Both the position numbers and the translations under genes were made by a program. 64,000 nt of DNA. Source: Chiloscyllium plagiosum. Its lineage: Eukaryota. Under the pieces are notes generated by a model. The model searched no databases. It saw nothing but the letters and a program-made list of their open reading frames with translations, and was not told the origin of the DNA. The stretch lies in contig NC_057746.1 in the NCBI RefSeq assembly GCF_004010195.1, positions 9,109,412 through 9,173,411 of the forward strand. Reading direction: 5' to 3'. This document shows positions 51,758-64,000 of the stretch, piece after piece; the stretch's first letter is position 1; every line of letters begins with the position of its first letter.

Positions 51758-52087
51758 TTTGGGAAGATGAAGTGTGAGACCGTGGGGGACAGTCACTGTG
51801 TGAACAGTCTTTCTGTCAAACAGGGGGATGGACAATCCCGAGCTGGATCCTCACTGTCCTTCACTGAGCTTTTTAATCAGCCCTTTATACACGGTCAGTA
51901 GGATGTTGGTGTCTGAGAGAAGCCGGCCTATTCAACCATGAGGGCATCACAGCTGAGCCTGGGCTGGGTTAAACATGGAGTATCCTTCTCCTTCCCGCAG
52001 TGTTTACAAGACTTTAGACCAGGAATGATGAAGCTGTTTGGCTTCTCCCAATCGATGTAAAAAGTAAAATTCTCCATTGGAACCATT

Positions 52088-52587
52088 NNNNNNNNNNNNN
52101 NNNNNNNNNNNNNNNNNNNNNNNNNNNNNNNNNNNNNNNNNNNNNNNNNNNNNNNNNNNNNNNNNNNNNNNNNNNNNNNNNNNNNNNNNNNNNNNNNNNN
52201 NNNNNNNNNNNNNNNNNNNNNNNNNNNNNNNNNNNNNNNNNNNNNNNNNNNNNNNNNNNNNNNNNNNNNNNNNNNNNNNNNNNNNNNNNNNNNNNNNNNN
52301 NNNNNNNNNNNNNNNNNNNNNNNNNNNNNNNNNNNNNNNNNNNNNNNNNNNNNNNNNNNNNNNNNNNNNNNNNNNNNNNNNNNNNNNNNNNNNNNNNNNN
52401 NNNNNNNNNNNNNNNNNNNNNNNNNNNNNNNNNNNNNNNNNNNNNNNNNNNNNNNNNNNNNNNNNNNNNNNNNNNNNNNNNNNNNNNNNNNNNNNNNNNN
52501 NNNNNNNNNNNNNNNNNNNNNNNNNNNNNNNNNNNNNNNNNNNNNNNNNNNNNNNNNNNNNNNNNNNNNNNNNNNNNNNNNNNNNNN
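52088..52587. other. Assembly gap
   Basis: Run of N. Confidence 1.
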
Positions 52588-53105
52588 CACTGATATCACA
52601 GGGACTGTCACTGTGTGAATATCGGAAATACAGCGCTGATATCACAGGGACAGTCACTGTGAATATCAGAAATACAGCGCTGATATCAGAGGGACAGACG
52701 CTGTGTGAATATCAGAAATACAGCGCTGATATCACAGGGACAGTCACTGTGTGAATATCAGACATACAGCGCTGATATCACAGGGACAGTCACTGTGTGA
52801 ATATCAGACATATAGCACTGATATCACAGGGACAGTCACTGTGAATATCAGAAATACAGCGCTGATATCACAGGGACAGACACTGTGTGAATATCGGAAA
52901 TACAGCGCTGATATCACAGGGACAGACGCTGTGAATATCAGAAATACAGAGCTGATATCACAGGGACTGTCATACTCTGTATATCAAAAATACAGCGCTG
53001 ATATCACAGGGACAGTCATACTCTGTACATCAGAATGACAGCACAGATAATCACAGTGACAGTCACTGTCTGAATCTCAGAATATAGATCTGATATCACA
53101 GGGAG
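52588..53105 (-). repeat. 46-bp minisatellite, reverse orientation
   Basis: Reverse complement of the 57020-60100 unit; abuts the gap. Confidence 0.95.
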
Positions 53106-53439
53106 GATTAGCGTGTGAATATCTGCAGCATCCATCCATCAGGTTTTTACTGTTTCACTTAACCTGTCTATGTCCTACTGTAGACTCCTTGTGTCATCCT
53201 CACTACCTGCCTTCCCATGTATTTTTGTGTCATCATGATAACAGTGTACTTGATTTCCTCATCCACATCTATATTACAAATAATTGTGGACCTAACCACT
53301 GATTCCTGTGGATTCCACTAGTTGCAGGTTGCTATCCCGAAAATACCACCTTTATCCAACTCTCTATTAGTAATCCAATCCTCCATCTGTGCTAATATAC
53401 TACCACTATATCCATGAACCCTTATCTTATGAAGTAACC

Positions 53440-56400
53440 TTATGTGCAGCACCTTATTGAATGTGTTTGAAAATTGAAATATGTTACATCCACTAGTTCA
53501 CAATCATCAATCATGTTTGTTACCTTTTCGAAAATGTTAATTGTACGAGACAAGAAGTTTCAAAAATTGATTGGAGTAGACCATTTGCTGGTAAAAGGAC
53601 TTGATAAAGCATGGGTTTTCAGAACTGTGATAACAGGAGTTCAGAGTCATTATGTGTTAGAGTGAAAAGTAAGGATGGAAGGATGAGGGAACAGTGGATG
53701 AAGAAGATATTGAGGTTCCAGTCAAGAATAAAACAAAATCATACATTAGATCTAGACAACTAGGTTCAAATGAATCTCTTGTACAGTTAAAAGATTATAG
53801 GGACATCAGGGAGATCAGGAAGGCAAGTGACCATATGAGATAGCTAGCCTTAGCAATTAAGGTTAAAGATATTCCAAAGAGATTTTATAAATACATTAAG
53901 AGTGAGAGAGCAACTATAGAGAGCGTAGGTCCCCTAAAAGATGAAAGAAGTTGTCTTTCTGTTGAACCTTAGGGGATGGCAGAGATAATAAATGAATATT
54001 TCACGTCAGTTTTACTGTAGAGAAAGAAATGGAGACTAGGGAACTCAGGGAAATAAATATCGATGTTTTGAAAACAGGTCGCATCACAGCAGAGGAAGTG
54101 CTGATGATCTTAGAAAATATAAAGATGGATAAATCTCCAGGACGTTGTGGGAAGTTAGGGAGGAAATTGTGAGGCTCCTTACAGGAATATTTGTATTATA
54201 TATAAATACAGTGAGGTACCGAATGACAGATTGGTTAATGTTGTACCTTTGTATAAGAAAGGGTGTAAGGAGAAGCCTGGGAACCATAGCCCTGTGAGCC
54301 TGACTTCAGTGGTGGATAGGTTTTTGGAAGTGATTCAGAAAGATAGGATTTATATATATTTGGAGAGACAAGGAATGACTAGGGATAGTCAGCATGGCTT
54401 TGGGCAAGGGAAATTGTGTCTCACAAATTGGGTTGACTTTTGAGGAAGTAAACAAAAAGATTGATGAGAGCAGAGTGATAGACGTTGTTTATTTGACTGT
54501 AGTCAATCTTTTGACAAAATTTCGCCTGGTAGACTACTGCATCTGTTGCTCCCGATGTGGTCTCCTCTGCATTGGGTAGACAGGACGGCAACCTGCTAAA
54601 CAGCTCAGGGAACATCTCCAGGACACACGCACCCAACAACCCCACCGCCCTTTGGCTGACCACTTCAACTCCCCCTCCCACTCCGCTAGGGACATGCAAA
54701 TGTTGGGCCTCCTGTAGCGTCAAATCCAAGCGACTGACACCTGGAGGAAGAACACATAATCTTCCGCCTTGGGACCCTCCAACCACACGGCATCAATGTC
54801 GATTTCACCAGTTTCCTCATCTCCCCTCCTCCCACCTTATCCCAGATCCAACCCTCCAACCCGACCCTGCCCTCTTAAACCATCCTACCTCTCCATCTTC
54901 CTTCCCACTATCTGCTTCACATTCCCTTCCGACCTATCACAACTGCTGCCCACTTTCATCTACCTATCACATTCCTGGCTACCTTTCCAACCCCACCAGC
55001 CCCATGCCCCTCCCATTTATCTCTCATGCCCCTTAGGCACACCCCCAACACATTCCTGATGAAATGTCGATTTTCCTGCTCCTCAGATGCTGCCTGACCT
55101 GCTGTGCTTTTCCAGTGCCACTCTTGTTGACTCTGACCTCCAGCATCTGCAGACACGCTTTCTCCTAGTTGGTAAAGTTAGATCACATGGGATTCAGGGT
55201 AAGCTTGTCAAATGGATACAAAATTGGCCTGGCAGTGTAGCAGTGTCAGTCTCTGAGGCAAGAAGACTCTGAGAGCATCAAGAATGCATCAGGAACCAGC
55301 AGTTTATTTGAGCAGCAATCAATCACAGCAAGGAGAGGAACTCAGGATTGTCACACTACGCAACACTATTTTTATACTTCCTTACATTGAAATTACATAA
55401 GTCTACAAGCTAACTGTTACTCATGCAGTTGATTATATCAAGCCTGTAAGTCATTTACCTAAGCGATAGTTACATTACGTCTGTTAATCAATTGACTGGC
55501 AGTTAATTACATCAAGTCTGTAAATTAATTACATCGAGTTTATAATTCAATTAACTAGGTATTTCAATGACATCATATTGCTGTGCATTACATATCTACT
55601 AATCAGATTCAAGCACACGGTGCTCATTTGCTTATGTCATCATCCCTCTCTGTTCCCGAACATTTTGTGGTCTGCTAATGTTGTGCCCTGCTTACTCATT
55701 TCAGTTGGCAACTAACTCTGCTCCTGTGGTTTGGGTGGTCTGTCCTTAGCAACGCAGTGAATCAATCACTGCAAACATCTCATTCCATGGCCCTGACACC
55801 CAAAGCAACACCACACATGCACCTCTGCCGAGCCAGGAGCCCCAAAAGAACATCCCCCTCCCTGTCCTCCCTCTTCACTCCACTGTCTCTCCTACCACTG
55901 CTCCATTGGAGAAACTTGGTCCGACACCTGAGATAATTCCGAGCAACCACTGAGTACCCTATTTCCCCTCCCACAGTGGCAGGAGACAGGTGGAGATATG
56001 TTTATTGGTTTGGAGGCCTGTGACCAGCAGTGTTCCACAGGGATTGGTGCTGGGTTCATTTTTGCTTGTCATTTAAATAATTGCTTTCAGTGAGAATATA
56101 GAAAGCAGGTTAGGAAGTTTGCAGATGAAACCAAAAATTGGTTCAATTGTGGACATTGAAGAAAGTTATCTAAGATTACCAAGAGATCTTGATCGATTGG
56201 GTCAATGGGCTGCAGAGTGGCAGTTGGAGTTTAATTTGGATAAATGTGTTGTATTGCATCTTGGTAAAAATAAACAAGGGCAGGACTAAAGAATTAAAAG
56301 TGGGAACTTCGGTAGTGTTGTGGAACAGAGAGATCTACGGGTTCAGATACATGCTCTTTTATGGTTTACATCACGCATAGATAGAGGGGTTAAGAAGACA

Positions 56401-56850
56401 TTTAGCATGCTTGTCTTCAATGCTCAGATGTTTGAGTATAAGATTTGGGACCTTATGTTGAGATTTTATTTCACTGGACCTTAAGCAGGTTGAAGGGTGA
56501 CCTTATAGAGGTTTATAAAATCATGAAGGGTATAGATGAGTTGAATGACAGGTGTCCTTTCACGAGGGGGAGAAAATTGAAGAAGAGGTGGTTTATTTTT
56601 TAGGGGAAAGGAGAAAGATTTTAAAAAGACATGAGGGGTAATTTTTTTAAACAGAGTGGTGTGTGTGTGGAATGAACTTCCTGAGAAAGTGGTGGATGTG
56701 GGTACAGTTACATTTGAAAGACATTTTAGGTAAGTGTATAAATAAAAAATGTTTGGAGGGATTATGAGCCAAGTGTGGGCAGGTAGGACTAGTTTAATTT
56801 GGGATTGTGGTTGGCATGGACTGAAGGGTCTGTTTCTGACTCTGTGACTC
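53440..56850 (+). mobile_element. Fragmented CR1 LINE with nested insertions
   Basis: NVVPLYKKGCKEKPGNHSPVSLTSVV and SQHGF motifs; CR1 3' tail. Confidence 0.8.
54530..55170 (+). mobile_element. Penelope-like element 3' fragment nested in CR1
   Basis: YCICCSRCGLLCIG GIY-YIG remnant, pyrimidine-rich tract, and the tail GATGCTGCCTGACCTGCTG seen at 556-747 and 19330-19720. Confidence 0.7.
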
Positions 56851-57019
56851 AATAACTGTAACACATTTGTCATGATTTCCCAGTCAAGAAGCCATGCTGA
56901 CTCAGATTTAATATATTATGAATTTGTAAATGCTGTGCTATTACAACCTTTGTATAGACTAACATCTCCTGAATATATCAAGCTAACTGGTCTTTGTTTA
57001 CTGTTTTATTGTCTTCTTA

Positions 57020-60000
57020 ATGATATCAGCATTGTATTTCCAATATTCATACAGCGTCAGTCCCTGTGATATCAGCATTGTATTTCCAATATTCATACAG
57101 TGTCAGTCCCTGTGATATCAGCGCTGTATTTCTGATATTCACACAGTGTCTGTCCCTATGATATCAGTGCTGTATTTCTGATATTCACACAGAGACTGTC
57201 CCTCTGATATCAGCGCTGTATTTCTGATATTCACACAGTGTCTGTCCATGTGATATCAGCACTGTATTTCTGATATTCACACAGTGACTGTCCCTGTGAC
57301 ATCAGTGCTGTATTTCTGATATTCACACAGTGTCTGTCCCTGTGATATCAGCGCTGTATTTCTGATATTCACACAGTGACTGTCCCTGTGATATCAGCAC
57401 TGTATTTCTGATATTCACACAGTGACTGTCCCTGTGATATCAACGCTGTGTTTCTGATATTCACTCAGTGTCTGTCCCTGTGATATCAGCGCTGTGTTTC
57501 CGATATTCACACAGTGACTGTCCCTGTGATATCAGCGCTGTATTTTTGATATTCACACAGTGACTGCCCCTGTGATATCAGCGCTGTATTTCCGATATTC
57601 ACACAGTGTCAGTCCCTGCGATATCAGTGCTGTATTTCTGATATTCACACAGTGACTGTCCCTGTGATATCAGCGCTGTAGGTGTGGTAATCACACAGTG
57701 TCTGTCCCTGTGATATCAGCGCTGTATTTCCGATATTCACACAGTGTCAGTCCCTGTGATATCAGTGCTGTATTTCTGATATTCACACAGTGACTGTTCC
57801 TGTGATATCAGCGCTGTATTTCTGATATTCACACAGTGTCTGTCCCTCTGATATCAGCGCTGTATTTCTGATATTCACACAGTGTCTGTCCCTGTGATAT
57901 CAGCGCTGTATTTCTGATATTCACACAGTGACTGTTCCTGTGATATCAGCACTGTATTTCTGATATTCACACAGTGACTGTCCCGGTGATATCAGCGCTG
58001 TATTTCCGATATTCACTCAGTGTCTGTCCCTGTGACATCAGCGCTGTATTTCTGATATTCACACAGTGTCTGTCCCTGTGATATCAGCGCTGTATTTGTG
58101 ATATTCACACAGTACCGGTCCCTGTGATATCAGTGCCGTATTTCTGATATTCACACAATGACTGCCCCTGTGATATCAGCGCTGTATTTCCGATATTCAC
58201 ACAGTGTCTGTCCCTGTGATATCAGCGCTGTATTTCTGATATTCACTCAGTGTCTGTCCCTGTGATATCAGCGCTGTATTTCCGATATTCACACAGTGAC
58301 TGTCCCTGTGATATCAGCGCTGTATTTCTGAAATTCACACAGTGACTGCCCCTGTGTATTAGCGCTGTATTTCCGATATTCACACAGTGACTGTCCCTGT
58401 GATATCAGCGCTGTATTTCCGATATTCACTCAGTGTTTGTCCCTGTGATAGCAGCACTGTGTTACTGATATTCGCACATGACTGTCCCTGTGATATCAGT
58501 GCTGTATTTCCGATATTCACTCAGTGTTTGTCCCTGTGATATCAGCGCTGTATTTCTGATATTCACACAGAGTCTGTCCCTCTGACATCTGCGCTGTATT
58601 TCCGATATTCACACAGTGACTGTCCCTGTGATATCAGCGCTGTGTTCTGATATTCACACAGTGTCTGTCCCTGTGATATCAACGCTGTATTTCCGATATT
58701 CACACAGTGACTGTCCCTGTGATATCAGCGCTGTATTTCTGATATTCACATAGTGACTGCCCTGTGATATCAGCAGTGTATTTCCGATATTCACACAGTG
58801 TTTGTCCCTGTGATATCAGCACTGTGTTACTGATATTCACACAGTGACTGTCCCTGTGATATCAGTGCTGTATTTCTGATATTCACACAGTGTCTGTCCA
58901 TGTGATATCAGTGCTGTATTTCTGATATTCACGCAGTGTCTGTCCCTGTGATATCAGTGCTGTATTTCCGATATTCGCTCTGTGTTTGTCCCTGTGTTAT
59001 CAGCGCTGTATTTCTGATATTCACACAGTGTCTGTCCCTCTGACATCAGCGCTGTTTTCCTGATATTCACACAGTGTCTGTCCCTGTGACATCAGTGCTG
59101 TATTTCCGATATTCACACAGTGACTGTCCCTGTGATATCAACACTGTATTTCCGATTTTCACACAGTGACTGTCCCTGTGATATCAGCGCTGTATTTCTG
59201 ATATTCACACAGTGACTGTCCCTGTGATATCAGCGCTGTATTTCTGATATTCACACAGTGTCTGTCCCAGTGATATCAGCGCTCTCATTCTGATATTCAC
59301 ACAGTGACTGTCCCTGTGATATCAGCGCTGTAGTTGTGATAATCACACAGTGTCTGTCCCTGTGATATCAGCGGTGTGTTTCTGATATTCACACAATGAC
59401 TGTCCCTGTGATATTAGCGCTTTATTTCTGATATTCACACAGTGTCTATCCCTGTGATATCAGCGCTGTATTTCCGATATTCACACAGTGTCTGCTCCTG
59501 TGATATCAGCGCTGTATTTCCGATATTCACACAGTGAATGTCCCTCTGATATCCGCGCTGTATTTCCGATATTCACACAGAGTCTGTCCATGTGATATCA
59601 GCGCTGTAGGTGTGGTAATCACACAGTGAATGTCCCTGTGATATCAGCGCTGTATTTCCGATATTCACACAGTGTCTGTCCATGTGATATCAGCGCTGTA
59701 TTTCTGATATTCACACAGTGTCTGTCCCTGTGATATCAGCGCTGTATTTCTGATATTCACACAGTGACTGTCCCTGTGATATCAGCGTTGTATTTCAGAT
59801 ATTCACACAGCGACTGTCCCTGTGATATCAGCGCTGTATTTCTGATATTCACACAGTGACTGTCCCTGTGATATCAACGCTGTATTTCTGATATTCACAC
59901 AGTGACTGTCCCTGTGATATCAGCGCTGTAGTTGTGATATTCACACAGTGTCGGTCCCTGTGATATCAGCGCTGTGTTTCTGATATTCACACAGTGACTG

Positions 60001-60100
60001 TCCCTGTGATATCAGTGCTGTGTTTCTGATATTCACACAGTGACTGTCCTTGTGATATCAGCGCTGTATTTCTGATATTCACACAGTGACAGCCCCTGTG
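57020..60100 (+). repeat. 46-bp minisatellite TCCCTGTGATATCAGCGCTGTATTTCTGATATTCACACAGTGACTG, about 67 copies
   Basis: Direct tandem periodicity. Confidence 0.97.
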
Positions 60101-60879
60101 GTATTTAGTTAGTGCTGCTGTTAATCTCATATTTGTATTTCAATAAATTCCCCCAGATTCATTTTACTATCTCAATGAATTTTAGCCGCAGCTCTGTATT
60201 GTGCTGGTGTTCTTTTTTTTAAAGAAATATGGTTTCTGTGGAGAGGGGTGAATTGGATGTAATTAGGGGCCAGCTATTTTCTAATCGGCCTTACGATTCT
60301 GCCCCTGCAGTCAATCACTTTTCGTTGCTCTGCCTGTGATCTCTGCATCTCACTTTTCTTGACTCCCTTCTTTATGAATATCCGATCTCTGCTCCGTTTT
60401 CGAGGGGCATACAATTCTGGACCTTGTGTGTGAGAGAGAAATTGTAAACTGGACACGAACCTGACATTAAACCTCATCCCTCATATTTAAATCTAATCTT
60501 TGTGCTGTGTTTCTGAGTATGTGAGGAAATTTCTCATCCCTGCCCAAACCTGGGGGGGGGGGGGGCTTTTCTGACCGACCAACAGTTCGGTCTGCATCTT
60601 TTTCTGAGAAATGCAATTCCTATCGCCACGAGGATTGTTTGTGTCTCCAAGTGTGAAAATATTACTCAGCTCGGTCTATAGAGGGAGGTGTGCCTCTGTG
60701 CTCTGGTAGTTAACTCCCACAAAAGAGGAAATACCCAGCCATCAGTGCTTCATGCTATCAGCTCCCTTCCTGTATCCACGAAAGGGGAGGGAATTGTGAG
60801 AGTCCACGGGGACATTGTGGACACCCCACCCTGATGGCCGTGTAGTGGGAGGATCGAGACTGAAGGTGCAACCACAGAG

Positions 60880-61296
60880 ATGGCCCTCAGCAAACCCGTC
60901 TTCAGCCTGATGGAGGATCTGACCTGCTCCATCTGCCTGTCCCTGTTTGTGGAGCCGGTGCGGCTGGACTGCGAGCACAACTTCTGCAAGTCCTGCATCC
61001 AGAGGTGCTGGGGGAAGCAGCGCAAAGGGGTGTCCTGCCCGGAGTGTCGCGCTGTTTGCCCCAGCAGAGGCTACGCCAGCAACAGGGTGTTGGCCAATCT
61101 CTGTGAGAAAGCCCGGCAGCTGGAGCTGAACCCGGGGCTGCAGCAGGAAGGGGGTTCCCGCTGTCTGGAACACGATGAGAAGCTGAAGCTGTTCTGTCAG
61201 GACGACCAGGCTCTGATCTGTGTCATTTGTCGAGATTCACCGGCACACTCAGGCCACAGCTTCCTGCCTGTCACTGATGCAGTGAGAAAGTACAAG
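60880..61296 (+). CDS. TRIM (RBCC) E3 ligase, first coding exon: RING + B-box2 (TRIM39/TRIM69/NF7-like); the gene continues beyond the identifiable exons
   Basis: C3HC4 RING (CSIC...CEHNFCKSC...CPEC), B-box CLEHDEKLKLFCQDDQALICVICRDSPAHSGH; phase-0 donor AAG|gtaaga. Confidence 0.95.
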
Positions 61297-61424
61297 GTAA
61301 GAGGGCCTTTGTTGTTGCTGCAAAAATATGCGTTAGTTATGACTTCTGTATGAGTACATTGCAAAACAAGAAGCATTTCAAAATATATGGCGTTCCTCAT
61401 TTGAACCTTTGCACTGCCAGATAC

Positions 61425-62695
61425 CTCAACCCCAATGTAAACAATATAATTGTTATACTGGGATTGAGGCAAAATACAATACAAACAATACAACTGTTCT
61501 CTCAATGTCTCAAGGAACTATAGTATTTACATTCCCAAACTCTAACTTAGACCCTCAGTATATCAGTATATAATGTGGAGGTGCTGGTGTTGTACTGGGG
61601 TGGACAAAGTTTTTTAAAAAAAATCACACAACACCAGGCTACAGTCATAGAGATGTACAACACAGATATCCGAACATAAACTCATCCCATTTGCCAGCAT
61701 TAGGCCCATATCTCTCTCAACTCTTCCTATTCATATACCCATCCAGGTGCCGTTTAAATGTTGTCATTGTACCACTTCCTCTGGCAGCTCATTCCATACA
61801 CGCACTCACCCTAAACCTATGCCCATTAGTTCTGGACTCCCCCACCCCAGGGAAAGGACTTTGTCTATTTACCCTATCCAGGCCACTCATAATTTTATAA
61901 ACATCTATAAAGTTTAAACACCGCAGCATCTGATGCTTCAGGAAAAAAAAGCCCCACCCTATTCTGCTGCTCCATGTAGCTCAAATCCTCCAACCCAGGG
62001 AACATCTTTGTTAATCTTTCCTGAACCCTTTCAAGTTTCACAACGTCCTTCTGACAGGGGGAGACCAGAACTGGAGGATTGAAGCTACAGGGAGAGGCTG
62101 AATAGGCTGGGGCAATTTTCCCTGGAGCATCAGAGGCTGCGGGGTGACCTTATAAAGGTTTATAAAATGATGACGGGCATGGATAGGATAAATAGACAAA
62201 GTCCTTTCCCTGGGGTAGGGGAGTCCCAGAACTAGATGGCATAGGTTTAGGGTAAGAGGGGAAATATTTAAAAGAGACCTAAGGGGCATTATTTTCACGC
62301 AGAGGGTGATGCATGTATGGAATGAGCAGCCAGAGGAAATGGTGGAGGCTGGTACAGTTACAGTTTGGAGGGATATGGGCCAAGTACTAGCAAAAGGAGC
62401 TAGGTTAGTTTAGGATATCTGGTTGGCATGGACGAGATAGATCGAAGGGTTTGATCCACGCTGTACATCTCTATGACTATAACCTAGAGTTGTGTGATTT
62501 TTAACTTTGTCCACCCCAGTCCAACACTAGCACATCCACATCATTGATATACCAAGGGTCTAAGTTAGAGTTTGGGAATGTAAATACTGTAGTTTCTTGA
62601 GATACTTAGTGAACAGTTATATTGTTTGTATTGTATTTTCACTGCAAGGTGCCTCAATCCCAGTATAACAATTGTATTGTTTACATTGAGATTGG
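61425..62695. repeat. Long imperfect inverted duplication in TRIM intron 1
   Basis: 61425-61660 is the reverse complement of 62460-62695; the inner CR1 tails are also inverted. Confidence 0.85.
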
Positions 62696-63602
62696 TGAAT
62701 AAACCTGTTAGACCATGCAACACCAGGTTATAGTCCATTAGCTTTACCTCGTGGATTTTCCCCTCTGCACCTTGGCAGCAGCTGCTCCAAGTTTAAGTGT
62801 GTCACTGAGCACATAGCCCTGGACTTTGGAATGTGCCAGTCTGCAACACTCGTTCGAGGTCAATCCCTTCCTGTGCAAGACTAACAAATTTCAGGCAAAC
62901 CAAAGAGTTAACGGTCCTCCAGGCACAGTTGATGTTTGTCTCCGTGTTCAGGGAGCAGAGCACAGAATTGAACACATGCTGTATTCAATGTCCAATGTCC
63001 TCTACAGCCACAACATGACCTCTTAACTCCTATACTCAATACACTGACCAATGCAGTGTTCATCTGAGGATCACTGTGTTTCTGTTCAAAGTTGGCTTGA
63101 GTTTTAGTCAAGGTGCAGATTGCTGGCTCCAGGATTATACTATTTAGTTGTATTGGAGTCAGTTTCATTACAATGGGCCACTGCTTGATGACCACAACGG
63201 TGAAGCATGATTCTCTCATTAAAGAGCGATGACCTTATTAGAGAGGTTTGACCTGAAGGTTATCATGCCTCAGGCAAGGGGTGAGGTTGAGAAGGCTCGA
63301 TCTTCAAGGTGACCTCAACCAGTACAAGAATTGAACCCATGTTATTGGTGTCACTCTGATTGGCGAACCAGCTGTCCAACCAACTGAGCTAAATATTCAT
63401 CAATAAGCAATAGAGAACAACTTTATTACCAAAACGTTAACTCTGATTTCTCTCCATAGATGCTGCCAGACCTGCTGAACTTTTCCAGCAGTTTCTGTTT
63501 TCGTTTCTGATTTACAGCATCAGTTTTTTTAGGTTTTTATTTTATTACAATATTACCTCGTTTACGTGAAATAAATATATAGTATCATTCTAATTGCTAT
63601 TA

Positions 63603-63835
63603 GGGGTGGCAAGGTGGCTCAGTGGTTAGCACTGCTGCCTCACAATTCCAGCCTCGGGCAATGCTCTATGTGGGGTTTGCACATTCTCCCTGTGTCTGCA
63701 TGGATTTACCTCGGGTGCTCTGGTTTCCTCCCACAGTCCAAAGATGTGCAGGTTAAGTGAATTGGCCATGCTAAATTGCTCATAGTGTCCCAGGGTGTGC
63801 AGGTTAGGTGGATTGGCCATGGGAAAGGCAGGATT
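63603..63835 (+). mobile_element. HE1-type SINE
   Basis: Same consensus. Confidence 0.8.
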
Positions 63836-63882
63836 GCACGGACTATAACACCAGGGTATAGTCCAACAGGTTTATTTGGAAA

Positions 63883-63917
63883 CACTAGCTTTCGGAGCGC
63901 CGCTCCTTCATCAGGTG
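63883..63917 (-). ncRNA. Minimal hammerhead ribozyme motif, family B
   Basis: On -: CAC-CTGATGA-A-GGAGC GGC GCTCC-GAAA-GCTA-GTG. Confidence 0.68.
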
Positions 63918-64000
63918 GTTATGGAGGACATAATTGTAAGACACAGAAAATATAGCAAAAGTTTTCAGTGCGATGTAACTGAAATTATACACAGATGCTC

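Noticed and set aside
57020-60100. RAG recombination-signal array (CACAGTG in most units)
   Set aside because: Heptamer only; no ACAAAAACC-like nonamer at 12 or 23 nt on either strand and no V/D/J segments nearby.

Overview
Eukaryotic (elasmobranch/shark-type) genomic DNA, apparently from an MHC region. It holds two spliced MHC class I heavy-chain genes in tandem on the - strand and the first coding exon (RING + B-box) of a TRIM gene on the + strand, head-to-head with the second class I gene. Class I gene 1 (32519->6410, 7 exons, ~409 aa) keeps 8 of 9 invariant peptide-anchoring residues, has an SXY promoter module with canonical spacing and a long Ser/Thr/Pro-rich tail; it is best read as UDA-like. 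Class I gene 2 (51757->41180, ~358 aa) is divergent and nonclassical: it lacks Cys101, has lost 4 anchors, has a 5-aa basic loop insertion, and its leader exon has ATA where gene 1 has ATG. The rest is repeats: HE1-type SINEs, CR1 and Rex/Babar-type LINE fragments, an ERV LTR with a tRNA-Pro PBS plus related solo LTRs, Penelope-like elements whose tails carry minimal hammerhead-ribozyme motifs (including short palindromic insertions with 13-14 bp TSDs), and many minisatellites, two of which form a large inverted pair. There are two assembly gaps (34189-35129, 52088-52587). Exon structures were derived by hand from splice consensus and reading-frame phase; lineage names are inferences.
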